Assembly: GCA_026014745.1 (NCBI GenBank)
Contig: JAOZHS010000003.1
Coordinates: forward strand, 40,137-104,136
Length of the DNA stretch: 64,000 bases
Origin: Candidatus Bathyarchaeota archaeon
Lineage (GTDB): Archaea > Thermoproteota > Bathyarchaeia > Bathyarchaeales > Bathycorpusculaceae
Direction of reading: 5' to 3'
In this document: in pieces, positions 20,203-29,364 of the stretch
How the letters are laid out: the number at the start of each line of letters is the position of its first letter
Position numbering within the stretch: the stretch's first letter is position 1
The notes under the pieces: model-generated
Told to the model about the DNA's origin: nothing
The model's input: only the letters and a program-made list of their open reading frames with translations
The model's database searches: none
Position numbers and translations under genes: made by a program

Positions 20203-20400
20203 TTTAACTCAAAGCAGTTATCAACAATCTTTGTATATTAAACTAATTAAAAGAACAGCACACAAACGATTCAGGATATATTCTCAAGTTTGATTTCTAT
20301 CGACTTGCATTCGAAAAAGTTATTGAAAGTCTTTAAATCCGACAACCCCATAAACCCCTTTCACAACAAATCAAACTCCAACGACTAGAGGCAAGCTCAC

Positions 20401-23208
20401 ATGGTTGAAAAAACGTTCCCAGCAGAAGCCTACCAGCTTCCCTTCTTCAAACAAGAAGGCTTCATACGTAAACATTGCCCAAAATGCGGCGAATGGTTCT
20501 GGACGCAAAACGCAGAGCAGGAAACCTGCGGCGAATCAGGCAGCGACGAATGCGGCTGCTACAGCTTCCTTGGCAACCCCGCCACATCCAAAAAATTCAC
20601 TCTCAGCGAAATGCGCGAAGCGTTCCTGAGCTTCTTTGAAAAAAACGGCCACACCCGCATAAAACCCTACCCAGTTGTGGCCCGCTGGCGCAAAGACATC
20701 TACCTAACACACGCCAGCATAATCGACTTCCAGCCCTATGTCACCGAAGGCATTGCACCTCCACCAGCGAACCCCTTGGTGATTTCACAGCCATCCATTA
20801 GGCTAACGGACATATCAAACACGGGTCCAACTTTTGGCAGGCACTTAACCATTTTCGAGATGGGAGGCGCCCACGCTTTCAATTACCCTGATAAAGAAGT
20901 TTACTGGAAAGACGACACGGTACGCTTCCACCACCGCTTCGCAACCGAGTGTCTGGGCATTAAATCTGAAGAAGTCATTTACAAAGAAGGCGTCTGGGTA
21001 GGCGGCGGCAACGCTGGTCCCGATGTGGAATGCATCTGCCGCGGACTCGAAGTTGGTACCCTTGTCTTTATGCAATACAAAGTAGTCGGCGACGACTTCG
21101 TAGAGTTGCCTATCCGTACAGTCGACACAGGCTATGGCATTGACCGCTTCACATGGATTAGCCAAGGCGTCCCAAGCCTATTTCAAGCCATCTACGGTAA
21201 CCTGCTTGACAAAGTCATGAGCATGGCAGGCATAACTAACATAGATAACGACTTCTTGTTTCAAGTCGCAAAGTACTCTGGGCTGGTCAGCGTGGATAAA
21301 CGAGCTAACCGTATGGTTGCCCGTCGACGCGTCTCCGAACTAACTGGCATAGACCTCGCGACACTCGAGAAGGTCTTGGTCCCGATCGAAAACGCGTGGG
21401 CAGTCACCGACCACACCAAAACCCTTAGCTTCATGCTATCTGAAGGCGTGGTGCCCTCAAACATCCAAGAAGGCTACCTCGCAAGGCTCCTCTTCCGACG
21501 CGTCTACCGCCTCATGCGCACCCTCAACATTGAACCCGCCAAACTCTACGACATCATCGACATGCAAGCAGACTACTGGGCAAAAGACTTCCCTCACATA
21601 AAAGAAATGCAAAACGAAATCATCGAAATGCTCAAAGTCGAAGAAGAAAAATTCGTAGAAACCCTCAACCGCGGAGAAGGCATGGTTAAACGCATCGCAA
21701 CGGACCTTAAATCCAAAGGCACAGGCAAACTCTCCAACGACCTGCTTGCCGAACTCTATGACAGCCACGGATTACCCCCAGAAATCGTCAAACAAGCCGC
21801 AGAAAAAGAAGGCGTCGAAGTTGATGTCCCAGAAAACTTCTATGCACTAATAGCGAATCGTCACATGGCGGCATCTAAACCTGTTGAGGAAGAAGAGGCA
21901 AAAGCAGAGAAGACGATTGAAGAAGTCGTCGAGCAACTTCCCCAAACCGAACCTCTCTACTACACTGACGTTTATCAGCGTGAATTTAACGCTACAGTCC
22001 TCAAAATCGTCGGAGGCATCTACGTCGTGCTGGGCAGTACCTGCTTCTATCCTGAAGGCGGCGGCCAACCCAACGACCTAGGCAAACTGGTCTACGACCA
22101 CACTGCCTACGACGTTGTGGATGTTCAGAAAATCGGCAAAGTTATAGTCCATAAACTAAAAACCCCCGCAACATTCAAAGAAGGCTCCACCGTGCATGGC
22201 ATACTGGATTGGGAACGACGATACAGTCTCATGAAAGCTCACACCGTCACGCACCTAATTAACGGCGCAGCTCGACGCGTACTGGGCGAACATGTCTGGC
22301 AAAGCGGCACCCAAAAAGGGCTAGAAACCTCACGCCTCGACATATCCCACTACCGCAGATTAAGCCAAGAAGAAATCCACAAAATCGAAACCCAAGCAAA
22401 CCAAGCCATCGCCGCCAACATGAAAATCGAAACCAAATGGTACCCCCGCAACGAAGCTGAGAAACTCTACGGATTCCGACTCTATCAAGGCGGCGCCGTC
22501 CCAGGCAAAGACATCCGCGTCGTTAAAACCGGCGATTGGGATGTGGAAGCCTGCGCGGGCACTCACCTTGGCAGCACCAGCGAGGTCGGATTGGTCAAAA
22601 TCGTCTATACAGAGCGTGTTCAAGATGGCGTTGAACGATTGGGCTACGCGGTCGGCTTAAAGGCGCTCAAAGCGGTGCAGGATCAAGAAAGTCTGCTTTG
22701 GAAAGTCAGCGAAACCCTCAGCGCACCAATCGACAAGCTCGATAAAACCGCCGAAAAAATGCTCTGCGAACTCAAAGACGCCCGAAGCGAAAACAAACGC
22801 CTACTAAAAGAACTCGCAGCTAAAGAAAGCGACCTCGGCCAAGCTCAAGCAGCAGAAGCCGCAGTTGAAATCAACGGAGTAGCCCTCGTCAAGCGGGATT
22901 TCGGAGATTGCGTCGATACTAATCGCATGGTTCAGACCGCCTCAGAAGTACTCAAACGCAACCCCGCAGCTGTCACGCTGTATTATGGCTGTGATGGGAA
23001 AAGCTGTCGGCTTATGGTTATGGCTGGAGAGGCTGCTGTGCAAAAAGGCGTCCACGCAGGCAACGTCGTCAAAGAAGCAGCGCCGATTATGGGAGGCGGA
23101 GGCGGCGGAAGACCTAACTTTGCGCAGGGCGGCGGCACTCAATGCCAAAAACTCGCGGATGCAGTGGCGGCAGCGCTGGACGTTGTCAAAAAGCAGCTGA
23201 AAACTTAG
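20401..23208 (+). CDS. alaS: Alanine--tRNA ligase (archaeal type)
   Basis: 'HLTIFEMGGAHAF', 'DTGYGIDR', editing 'HTVTH...CAGTH', C-terminal 'GGGGGRPNFAQGGG'. Confidence 0.98.
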   Translation: MVEKTFPAEAYQLPFFKQEGFIRKHCPKCGEWFWTQNAEQETCGESGSDECGCYSFLGNPATSKKFTLSEMREAFLSFFEKNGHTRIKPYPVVARWRKDIYLTHASIIDFQPYVTEGIAPPPANPLVISQPSIRLTDISNTGPTFGRHLTIFEMGGAHAFNYPDKEVYWKDDTVRFHHRFATECLGIKSEEVIYKEGVWVGGGNAGPDVECICRGLEVGTLVFMQYKVVGDDFVELPIRTVDTGYGIDRFTWISQGVPSLFQAIYGNLLDKVMSMAGITNIDNDFLFQVAKYSGLVSVDKRANRMVARRRVSELTGIDLATLEKVLVPIENAWAVTDHTKTLSFMLSEGVVPSNIQEGYLARLLFRRVYRLMRTLNIEPAKLYDIIDMQADYWAKDFPHIKEMQNEIIEMLKVEEEKFVETLNRGEGMVKRIATDLKSKGTGKLSNDLLAELYDSHGLPPEIVKQAAEKEGVEVDVPENFYALIANRHMAASKPVEEEEAKAEKTIEEVVEQLPQTEPLYYTDVYQREFNATVLKIVGGIYVVLGSTCFYPEGGGQPNDLGKLVYDHTAYDVVDVQKIGKVIVHKLKTPATFKEGSTVHGILDWERRYSLMKAHTVTHLINGAARRVLGEHVWQSGTQKGLETSRLDISHYRRLSQEEIHKIETQANQAIAANMKIETKWYPRNEAEKLYGFRLYQGGAVPGKDIRVVKTGDWDVEACAGTHLGSTSEVGLVKIVYTERVQDGVERLGYAVGLKALKAVQDQESLLWKVSETLSAPIDKLDKTAEKMLCELKDARSENKRLLKELAAKESDLGQAQAAEAAVEINGVALVKRDFGDCVDTNRMVQTASEVLKRNPAAVTLYYGCDGKSCRLMVMAGEAAVQKGVHAGNVVKEAAPIMGGGGGGRPNFAQGGGTQCQKLADAVAAALDVVKKQLKT

Positions 23209-23224
23209 CTGGCTTTCTTTCTCT

Positions 23225-23337
23225 TTTTTTGGTTTCTCTCTTTGTGTGGGTGTAGCGGTTTACGGGGTGCCACAAGACTGCCAAAGGTTTAAGCCCTGTT
23301 TTGTTGCTGCATTGTTTTTCTGCGTCTGTTATGGTGT
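23225..23337 (+). repeat. Dispersed ~113-bp non-coding element, copy 1 (partner 60499-60611)
   Basis: Exact 14-mer TGCCACAAGACTGC plus two conserved blocks separated by an equal-length 26-nt variable spacer. Confidence 0.8.
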
Positions 23338-23503
23338 GGGGTGCGGCGTGTTCCTTCACATCCTGCATGGTTTCGGTTGATTTTGCGTGTGGCGGCATGC
23401 AGCGACCGCACAAAACCATACAAGAATTGCAGCTTCCTTGGGCATGCATAAGGGAAGGCTTCTTGACGAATCCAAGCTAAAGGTTCTTGACTACCCCGCC
23501 GCT

Positions 23504-24070
23504 TTACTCGTCCCTTTTTGCCTGCGTGTAGGCTTCTTGGATGACTGAAAAGTTTTTCTCCGCCAAGTCAACTCGGAAACGTTTGTGCAGCGTTTTTTCC
23601 ATGCCCTCGAGCGTGACAATGTTGGTTGCTTTGGCAACAACAGCCAACAATGCGGTGTTAGTGATGGGGACGCCGAGGATTTTTAGGGCAATTTCGGTTG
23701 CTGGAACGGTCCAGACTTTTCCTTTGTTGACTCCGAGGGCTTCTTTTAAGACCGCGGGGTCTTTATTTGAGTTGATGATTAAGCAGCCGCCATTGTGTTT
23801 TAGCCCCGCAGTCACTGGTAAATTCTTGATTAGCGTGTTATCTAAAACAATTACAACATCAGGGTAGTAAACTCCGCAATGCAGCCTTATGGGTTCGGTG
23901 CTGATGCGGGTGAAGGCAGTTACGGGTGCACCCATGCGTTCAGTTCCAAACTCGGGGAAGGATTGGATGTATTTGCCTGTTTCGAGGGCGGTACGTGCCA
24001 GCAGGTCACTTGCGGTCCAAGCTCCCTGCCCCCCTCGTCCATGCCACCTGAACTCTACCATTGTTTTCAA
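23504..24070 (-). CDS. porG: 2-oxoacid:ferredoxin oxidoreductase gamma subunit (orphan)
   Basis: 'EFRWHGRGGQGA', 'QSFPEFGTERMGAPV', 'PITNTALL'. Confidence 0.92.
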   Translation of the reverse strand: MKTMVEFRWHGRGGQGAWTASDLLARTALETGKYIQSFPEFGTERMGAPVTAFTRISTEPIRLHCGVYYPDVVIVLDNTLIKNLPVTAGLKHNGGCLIINSNKDPAVLKEALGVNKGKVWTVPATEIALKILGVPITNTALLAVVAKATNIVTLEGMEKTLHKRFRVDLAEKNFSVIQEAYTQAKRDE

Positions 24071-24444
24071 AGGTACAATCGCTCCGCTGAGGGCATCACT
24101 GACATGTTACTAAATACAGAGATATACATTTTTCCGTAAAAATTCCCAAAAAAATAAGCCAATGTAAATTCAAGTAGGAGCAAATGGAAAACTAAAATTT
24201 ACATAATAATTTATTACGGAAAGCATTTGACTTAGAAAACGCCAGAGGTCAAAAAAGTATCCTAGCAAACAACACCTCATAAGATGCAGCCATACTAGAT
24301 GGTGAGGTTGGGCAGCATGGTTTTTTTTATTGTAGTTTGTTCATGGTTTTATGCATATTTTTTAGGCAATATATTTTTAAGCGAGCATGCACAGGTGTGC
24401 TTAAGGTGAAGCGTGCATGAGCACGCGTACACAGGTGAATATGA

Positions 24445-24873
24445 GTGCGTAGAAGTTTAACCGTAACCCCAGAAAACGACAAAAAAATCCTACTCACCAA
24501 AGGCCTCTTCCTAACAGGAGACGACCCCTTCGACATAGACTACACCACACTCGTCAACATCTTTCTCGAACTCGGACACAAAGTCATGGCCAGCGCCCTA
24601 AACGAACCCAACAACCCCACCTTTACCATGAACAAAAACGAAGTCTTCGAAGTCTTCAAGAAATACGCGTTCAGCAACGAACTAAAAGAAGACGCTGTCG
24701 GAGACCAATTCGCCGAAATCGTCATACGCAAACTCATCGAACAATACAACAAATCTGTAACCCAAGCCCTCAAACAACCCCAAAACCCCGAACTATCACC
24801 CCAACCGCCCCAAGAGGAACCACAACCCGACGCCGCCCAAGCAGAAACCAAACACCACGTCTACATAAGATAA
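24445..24873 (+). CDS. Hypothetical protein, possible N-terminal ribbon-helix-helix
   Basis: AGGTGA RBS 6 nt before GTG; strand-helix-helix pattern 'RRSLTV...DYTTLVNIFLELG'. Confidence 0.7.
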   Translation: MRRSLTVTPENDKKILLTKGLFLTGDDPFDIDYTTLVNIFLELGHKVMASALNEPNNPTFTMNKNEVFEVFKKYAFSNELKEDAVGDQFAEIVIRKLIEQYNKSVTQALKQPQNPELSPQPPQEEPQPDAAQAETKHHVYIR

Positions 24874-24970
24874 ACCGAGGAAAAACAATGCCCACCACAA
24901 AAAATACTCCAGCAAAAACCACAATATATGCAAAAAATCCATCCCCCTCCCAAAGGTTACGTAAAAAATG

Positions 24971-25032
24971 CAGTTCCGCCACAGAACAAATTTTAATTCC
25001 CCGACGGGTTTGTTCTGTTATAACTGGAACTG
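24971..25032 (+). promoter_or_regulatory. Nested inverted repeat abutting the grpE Shine-Dalgarno
   Basis: CAGTTCC/GGAACTG, CAGAACAAA/TTTGTTCTG, CCC/GGG nested; GGAGG at 25032-25036. Confidence 0.55.
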
Positions 25033-25047
25033 GAGGGCAAATGTGAC

Positions 25048-25578
25048 ATGGTTGAAGACCAAGTGCCCGCGCCAGATAGTTTTGAGCAGCTTCTTGAATG
25101 TGAGAAGAAGCGTTCCCAAGATTATCTGACTCGGCTAAAATATATGCAGGCAGACTACGAAAACGCAAAGAAACGCTTTGAACGTGAAGCTGAACAAATC
25201 CGAAGTCACTGCAACGAACGCATAGTGTTGGAGTTGCTTGATGTCGTGGATGAGTTAGAATTAGCCACAAAAAACGGCTCTGATTCGCCTTCTACGCAGT
25301 GCCTCATACAAGGGGTCGAAATGACTCTCAAGAAATTACGGAAAGTTCTTGAGCAGGAAGGAGTCAGCGAGATTCCTAACCCAGAAGGCAAATGCTTTGA
25401 CCCCAAACTCCACAACGCCATATGTGTTGTGGAATGTGACGATAAAGACGAATCCACAGTCATGGAACAGATCCGTAAAGGATACCAAATGAGGGACCGT
25501 GTGATTCGACCAAGCATCGTCAAAGTTTCCGTAAAACCAAAAAATCAAAGTAATCAAACGGAGGAAAAACAAAATTGA
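25048..25578 (+). CDS. grpE: Nucleotide exchange factor GrpE
   Basis: '[10 protein letters not shown]', 'FDPKLHNA', '[17 protein letters not shown]'. Confidence 0.96.
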   Translation: MVEDQVPAPDSFEQLLECEKKRSQDYLTRLKYMQADYENAKKRFEREAEQIRSHCNERIVLELLDVVDELELATKNGSDSPSTQCLIQGVEMTLKKLRKVLEQEGVSEIPNPEGKCFDPKLHNAICVVECDDKDESTVMEQIRKGYQMRDRVIRPSIVKVSVKPKNQSNQTEEKQN

Positions 25579-27494
25579 GTAACCAAAAAACAAATGAAAA
25601 AATATTAGGAATCGATTTGGGAACAACCAACTCGGCAGCCGCCATCTATGAGGGGGGACACTCAACCGTTATCCCCAGCGCGGAGGGACCAACGATGGCT
25701 GGAAAAATGTTCCCATCCGTCGTTGCCTTCACAAAAGATGGACAGCTCCTCGTCGGTGAACCCGCTAAACGCCAAGCAACCACCAACTCAGAGGGCACCT
25801 TCTTTGAAATAAAACGCAAAATGGGCCAAGACGTCAAGGTATCCGCCTATGGCAAAGAATACAGCCCCCAACAAATCTCAGCATTCATACTACAAAAAAT
25901 CAAAAAAGACGCAGAAACCTACCTCGGAGGCACCATAAACAAAGCCGTCATCACCGTCCCAGCCCACTTCAACGACAACCAAAGACAGGCAACTAAAGAC
26001 GCTGGCGAAATCGCAGGCTTCCAAGTCATGCGCATCATCAACGAACCCACCGCAGCCTGCCTCGCCTATGGCATCGACAAACTACAGCATGAAATGAAAA
26101 TCCTCGTCTTCAGCTTCGGCGGAGGCACCCATGACGTAACCCTCATGGATTTCGGCAAAGGAGTCTTCCAAGTACTATCCACAAGCGGCGACACCCAACT
26201 CGGCGGAACCGACGTGGACAAAGCAGTCGTAGGCTACCTCGTAGAGGAATTTAAACGCCAAACTGGCGTAGACATCTCCAACGACCGCATGGCTATGTCA
26301 CGGCTCAAAGACGCGGCAGAAAAAGCTAAAATCGAACTATCAACCTTGATGAGCACCGACATCGACTTACCCTTCTTAACCGCAAATGCCTCAGGACCCA
26401 AACACCTACACATGACACTTACCCGAACCAAACTCGAAGCCCTCGCCCAACCCATCGTTGAGAGAACAAGACCAACCTTACTCAAGGCGCTTGAAGACGC
26501 TAAACTCACACCCCAACAGGTCGACAAAATCATCCTCATCGGCGGCATGACCCGCATGCCAATGGTTCAACGCTTCGTAGAGCAGCTCCTTGGCAAAGCC
26601 CCTGAACGTGGAATTGACCCTATGGAATCCGTCGCTATCGGCGCAGCCATCCAAGGCGGAGTCGTCACAGGCGAAGTCACTGACCTCTTGCTCCTCGACG
26701 TTACCCCCCTTAGTCTAGGCGTTGAAACTATGGGCAGCGTCATGACCAAAGTCATCGAGAAAAACACCACCATACCCACCAAACGCAGCCAAGTCTTCAC
26801 CACCGCAGCCGACTTCCAAACCGCAGTCACCATCCACGTACTACAAGGCGAACGCGCCATGGCAAGCGATAACGTGTCTTTAGGCATGTTTAACCTCGTA
26901 GACCTACCCCCCGCACCTAGAGGTGTACCTCAAATCGAGGTTACCTTTGACATTGACGCAAACGGCATCCTAAACGTAACCGCCAAAGATCGCGGCACAG
27001 GCAAAGAATCCAAAATCACCATAACCGCATCCACTAAACTCTCTAAAGAAGAAAAAGACCGACTCATCAAAGACGCAGAGCAATTTGCTGAGCAAGACCG
27101 CAAGAAGAGAGAAGAAGCCGAAACCCGCAACACCGCCGACAGCCTCGTCTACACTGCTGAACGCACAAAGCAAGATCTTGCAGGCAAACTCTCGGCAGAG
27201 GAAACAGGCAAAATCGACGCAGCAGTTACCGAACTTAAAAACGCCCTGGCAAGCAATGACATGGCACAAGTGAAAGCCAAATCTGACGCGCTACAAAAGG
27301 TGCTCCAAGAAGTCGGAACCAAAGTCTATCAGCAAGCAGCCGCAGAAGCAGCCAAACAGCAACAGGCCCAAGGCCAAACAGGCCCCGGACCCCAAGGCGG
27401 CGCGGGACCCACCATGCCCCCAGGCGGAGAATCTGGACCTCAAGGACCAGAAGGCGACAACGTCGTCGACTCAAACGACTACAAAGTAAAGTAA
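25575..27494 (+). CDS. dnaK: Chaperone DnaK (Hsp70)
   Basis: 'GIDLGTTNS', 'IINEPTAA', '[10 protein letters not shown]'; 4-nt overlap with grpE. Confidence 0.99.
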   Translation: MSNQKTNEKILGIDLGTTNSAAAIYEGGHSTVIPSAEGPTMAGKMFPSVVAFTKDGQLLVGEPAKRQATTNSEGTFFEIKRKMGQDVKVSAYGKEYSPQQISAFILQKIKKDAETYLGGTINKAVITVPAHFNDNQRQATKDAGEIAGFQVMRIINEPTAACLAYGIDKLQHEMKILVFSFGGGTHDVTLMDFGKGVFQVLSTSGDTQLGGTDVDKAVVGYLVEEFKRQTGVDISNDRMAMSRLKDAAEKAKIELSTLMSTDIDLPFLTANASGPKHLHMTLTRTKLEALAQPIVERTRPTLLKALEDAKLTPQQVDKIILIGGMTRMPMVQRFVEQLLGKAPERGIDPMESVAIGAAIQGGVVTGEVTDLLLLDVTPLSLGVETMGSVMTKVIEKNTTIPTKRSQVFTTAADFQTAVTIHVLQGERAMASDNVSLGMFNLVDLPPAPRGVPQIEVTFDIDANGILNVTAKDRGTGKESKITITASTKLSKEEKDRLIKDAEQFAEQDRKKREEAETRNTADSLVYTAERTKQDLAGKLSAEETGKIDAAVTELKNALASNDMAQVKAKSDALQKVLQEVGTKVYQQAAAEAAKQQQAQGQTGPGPQGGAGPTMPPGGESGPQGPEGDNVVDSNDYKVK

Positions 27495-27504
27495 CCCAAG
27501 TCTG

Positions 27505-27535
27505 CCCCTTCTTCTTTTTTCTTTTTTAATATAAC
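27505..27535 (+). terminator. Archaeal oligo-T terminator after dnaK
   Basis: CTTCTTCTTTTTTCTTTTTT directly after stop. Confidence 0.5.
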
Positions 27536-27716
27536 TCGAATACTCAATTTTTCTTTGTGCACAAATTATTAACTTCTCACTTCAATAGTTTGTTTTATAA
27601 GCGCTATCTGACGAAATTTTTATTTTTTTAACAATTCAAAAAGTATTATTGCATCAGAAATGCAAACCGTTAAATATTGAGAGCAAGCGATAAGCCTCTA
27701 TAAGGAAAAGGTTGTT

Positions 27717-29312
27717 ATGTCACAAAGAAAAACCAAATTGCCAAAAAGCATGCTACTCCTATCTTGTCTGCTTCTGTTACTTGTTTGTCTTGTGCCATCT
27801 GTGCAAGCAGCACCAGTTTGGGTTATTGAAACTGCGGACTCAACTTCAGATGTTGTTAGTTCCGCCACGTCACTTGCATTGGACTCAAATGGTGACCCAC
27901 ACATCAGCTACTGTAACGATCCACATGATTTGTTATACGCAAAAAAAACAGGCAGTAGTTGGACGATTGAAACAGTTGATTACCTCAAGGTTGTAGGTGA
28001 AGACTCGTCTATTGCGTTAGACGCTGCTGGAAATCCCCACATAACCTATGTCATGAGTTCGCCTTCAACTAACATCTCTTATGTAACAAAAACTGGCTCA
28101 GGTTGGCACCATGAGACAATCGCTGCACGCGGCAGCCTAATGTATACATCACTTAAGTTGGATTCAAGCGGAAGCCCACACGTGGTCTTTCTAAACAATA
28201 CCGACAGCGTCTTGAAATATGCAACTAAATTAGGCGGCGGATGGACCATTGAGAACGTTGACACCAATGTTATGTCTAGTAACTCGCTTGCGTTAGACTC
28301 ATCAGGTAATCCACACATAAGCTACTTTGACCAAACCGGCAGGGCTTTGAAGTATGCCACCAAAACATCCACAGGATGGATGATTGAAACAGTAGACGAT
28401 ACGGGCTATTCAGCAGGCCTATACTCTGGCATAGCCATAGACTCATACGATAATCCACACATAGCCTACTACTTCACGGAAGGCTCCACAGCTTGCTTAA
28501 AATACGCCAACAAAACTGCAACAGGCTGGACGACCGAAACAGTGGACAACCCTGGCAGTGGTAAGAATGTTGGTTGGTACATTTCGCTTGCCATCGATTC
28601 GGCAGATAGACCGCATATCAGTTACTATGATTCGTACAACGATGATTTGAAATATGCCACCAATACGGGCACCACATGGACTAAAACAGTTGTTGATTCA
28701 ACTGGAAATGTCGGGATGTTCAACTCGATAGCAATTGATTCTTCGAATAAGCCACACATAAGTTACTTTGACTGGGACCACAGCTACCTAAAATACGCAA
28801 GCCTATGTGACCGTGAAACAATATCAACGGCCACTGGAACAGGAATCGCGGCCCTAACCACAAGCGTTGGAGAAATAACAAGCCTCACCGCAGTCTCAGA
28901 AGACTCTTTACCCGAGACAGGTAAACCAAGCATGGATTTCCCACATGGCTTCTTCTCCTACAACATTGAAGGGCTAACACCCGGACAATCCGTAACTGTC
29001 GAAATAACTTTGCCAAACAACGTACCCGTAGGTTCACAATACTGGAAATACCAAAACAACCAGTGGATCCAAATACCCATCGGCAGCGACAACGGCGACA
29101 ATGTCATCTATATAGTCTTAACTGACGGCGGCCTAGGGGACTCAGACGGCTTGGCCAATGGGGTAATTTCCGATCCAGGCGGAGTAGCAGTCAACGGAGG
29201 CTACTTCGTCGTTCCCGAGACACCCTTTGCCACAGCTCTCATAAGCATGTTTGCGGCGCTGTCCATCTTTGTTCTCTTCAAACGGCAAAAACAGAAATCT
29301 CTGCTAGCTTAG
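27717..29312 (+). CDS. Secreted 7-bladed beta-propeller + choice-of-anchor-U-like domain + PEF-CTERM-like tail
   Basis: Seven ~47-aa repeats 'W..E.VD....S.A.DS...PHISY....LKYA'; 'FPHGFFSY...YWKY...LTDGGLGDSDG..NGVISDPG'; 'FVVPETP'-TM-KR. Confidence 0.85.
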   Translation: MSQRKTKLPKSMLLLSCLLLLLVCLVPSVQAAPVWVIETADSTSDVVSSATSLALDSNGDPHISYCNDPHDLLYAKKTGSSWTIETVDYLKVVGEDSSIALDAAGNPHITYVMSSPSTNISYVTKTGSGWHHETIAARGSLMYTSLKLDSSGSPHVVFLNNTDSVLKYATKLGGGWTIENVDTNVMSSNSLALDSSGNPHISYFDQTGRALKYATKTSTGWMIETVDDTGYSAGLYSGIAIDSYDNPHIAYYFTEGSTACLKYANKTATGWTTETVDNPGSGKNVGWYISLAIDSADRPHISYYDSYNDDLKYATNTGTTWTKTVVDSTGNVGMFNSIAIDSSNKPHISYFDWDHSYLKYASLCDRETISTATGTGIAALTTSVGEITSLTAVSEDSLPETGKPSMDFPHGFFSYNIEGLTPGQSVTVEITLPNNVPVGSQYWKYQNNQWIQIPIGSDNGDNVIYIVLTDGGLGDSDGLANGVISDPGGVAVNGGYFVVPETPFATALISMFAALSIFVLFKRQKQKSLLA

Positions 29313-29364
29313 AGCCAGCTAGCTCATTTTCCTTTTTTTAGCTCCATGAATCTTAGCGGATAGT

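Noticed and set aside
23186-23449. 87-aa minus-strand ORF covering the 113-bp element, with weak peptide similarity (AVLW.P) to copy 2
   Set aside because: The equivalent frame in copy 2 has no start codon and stops early; similarity is better explained at DNA level
24870-25050. CIRCE or other known heat-shock operator before grpE
   Set aside because: TTAGCACTC-N9-GAGTGCTAA is absent
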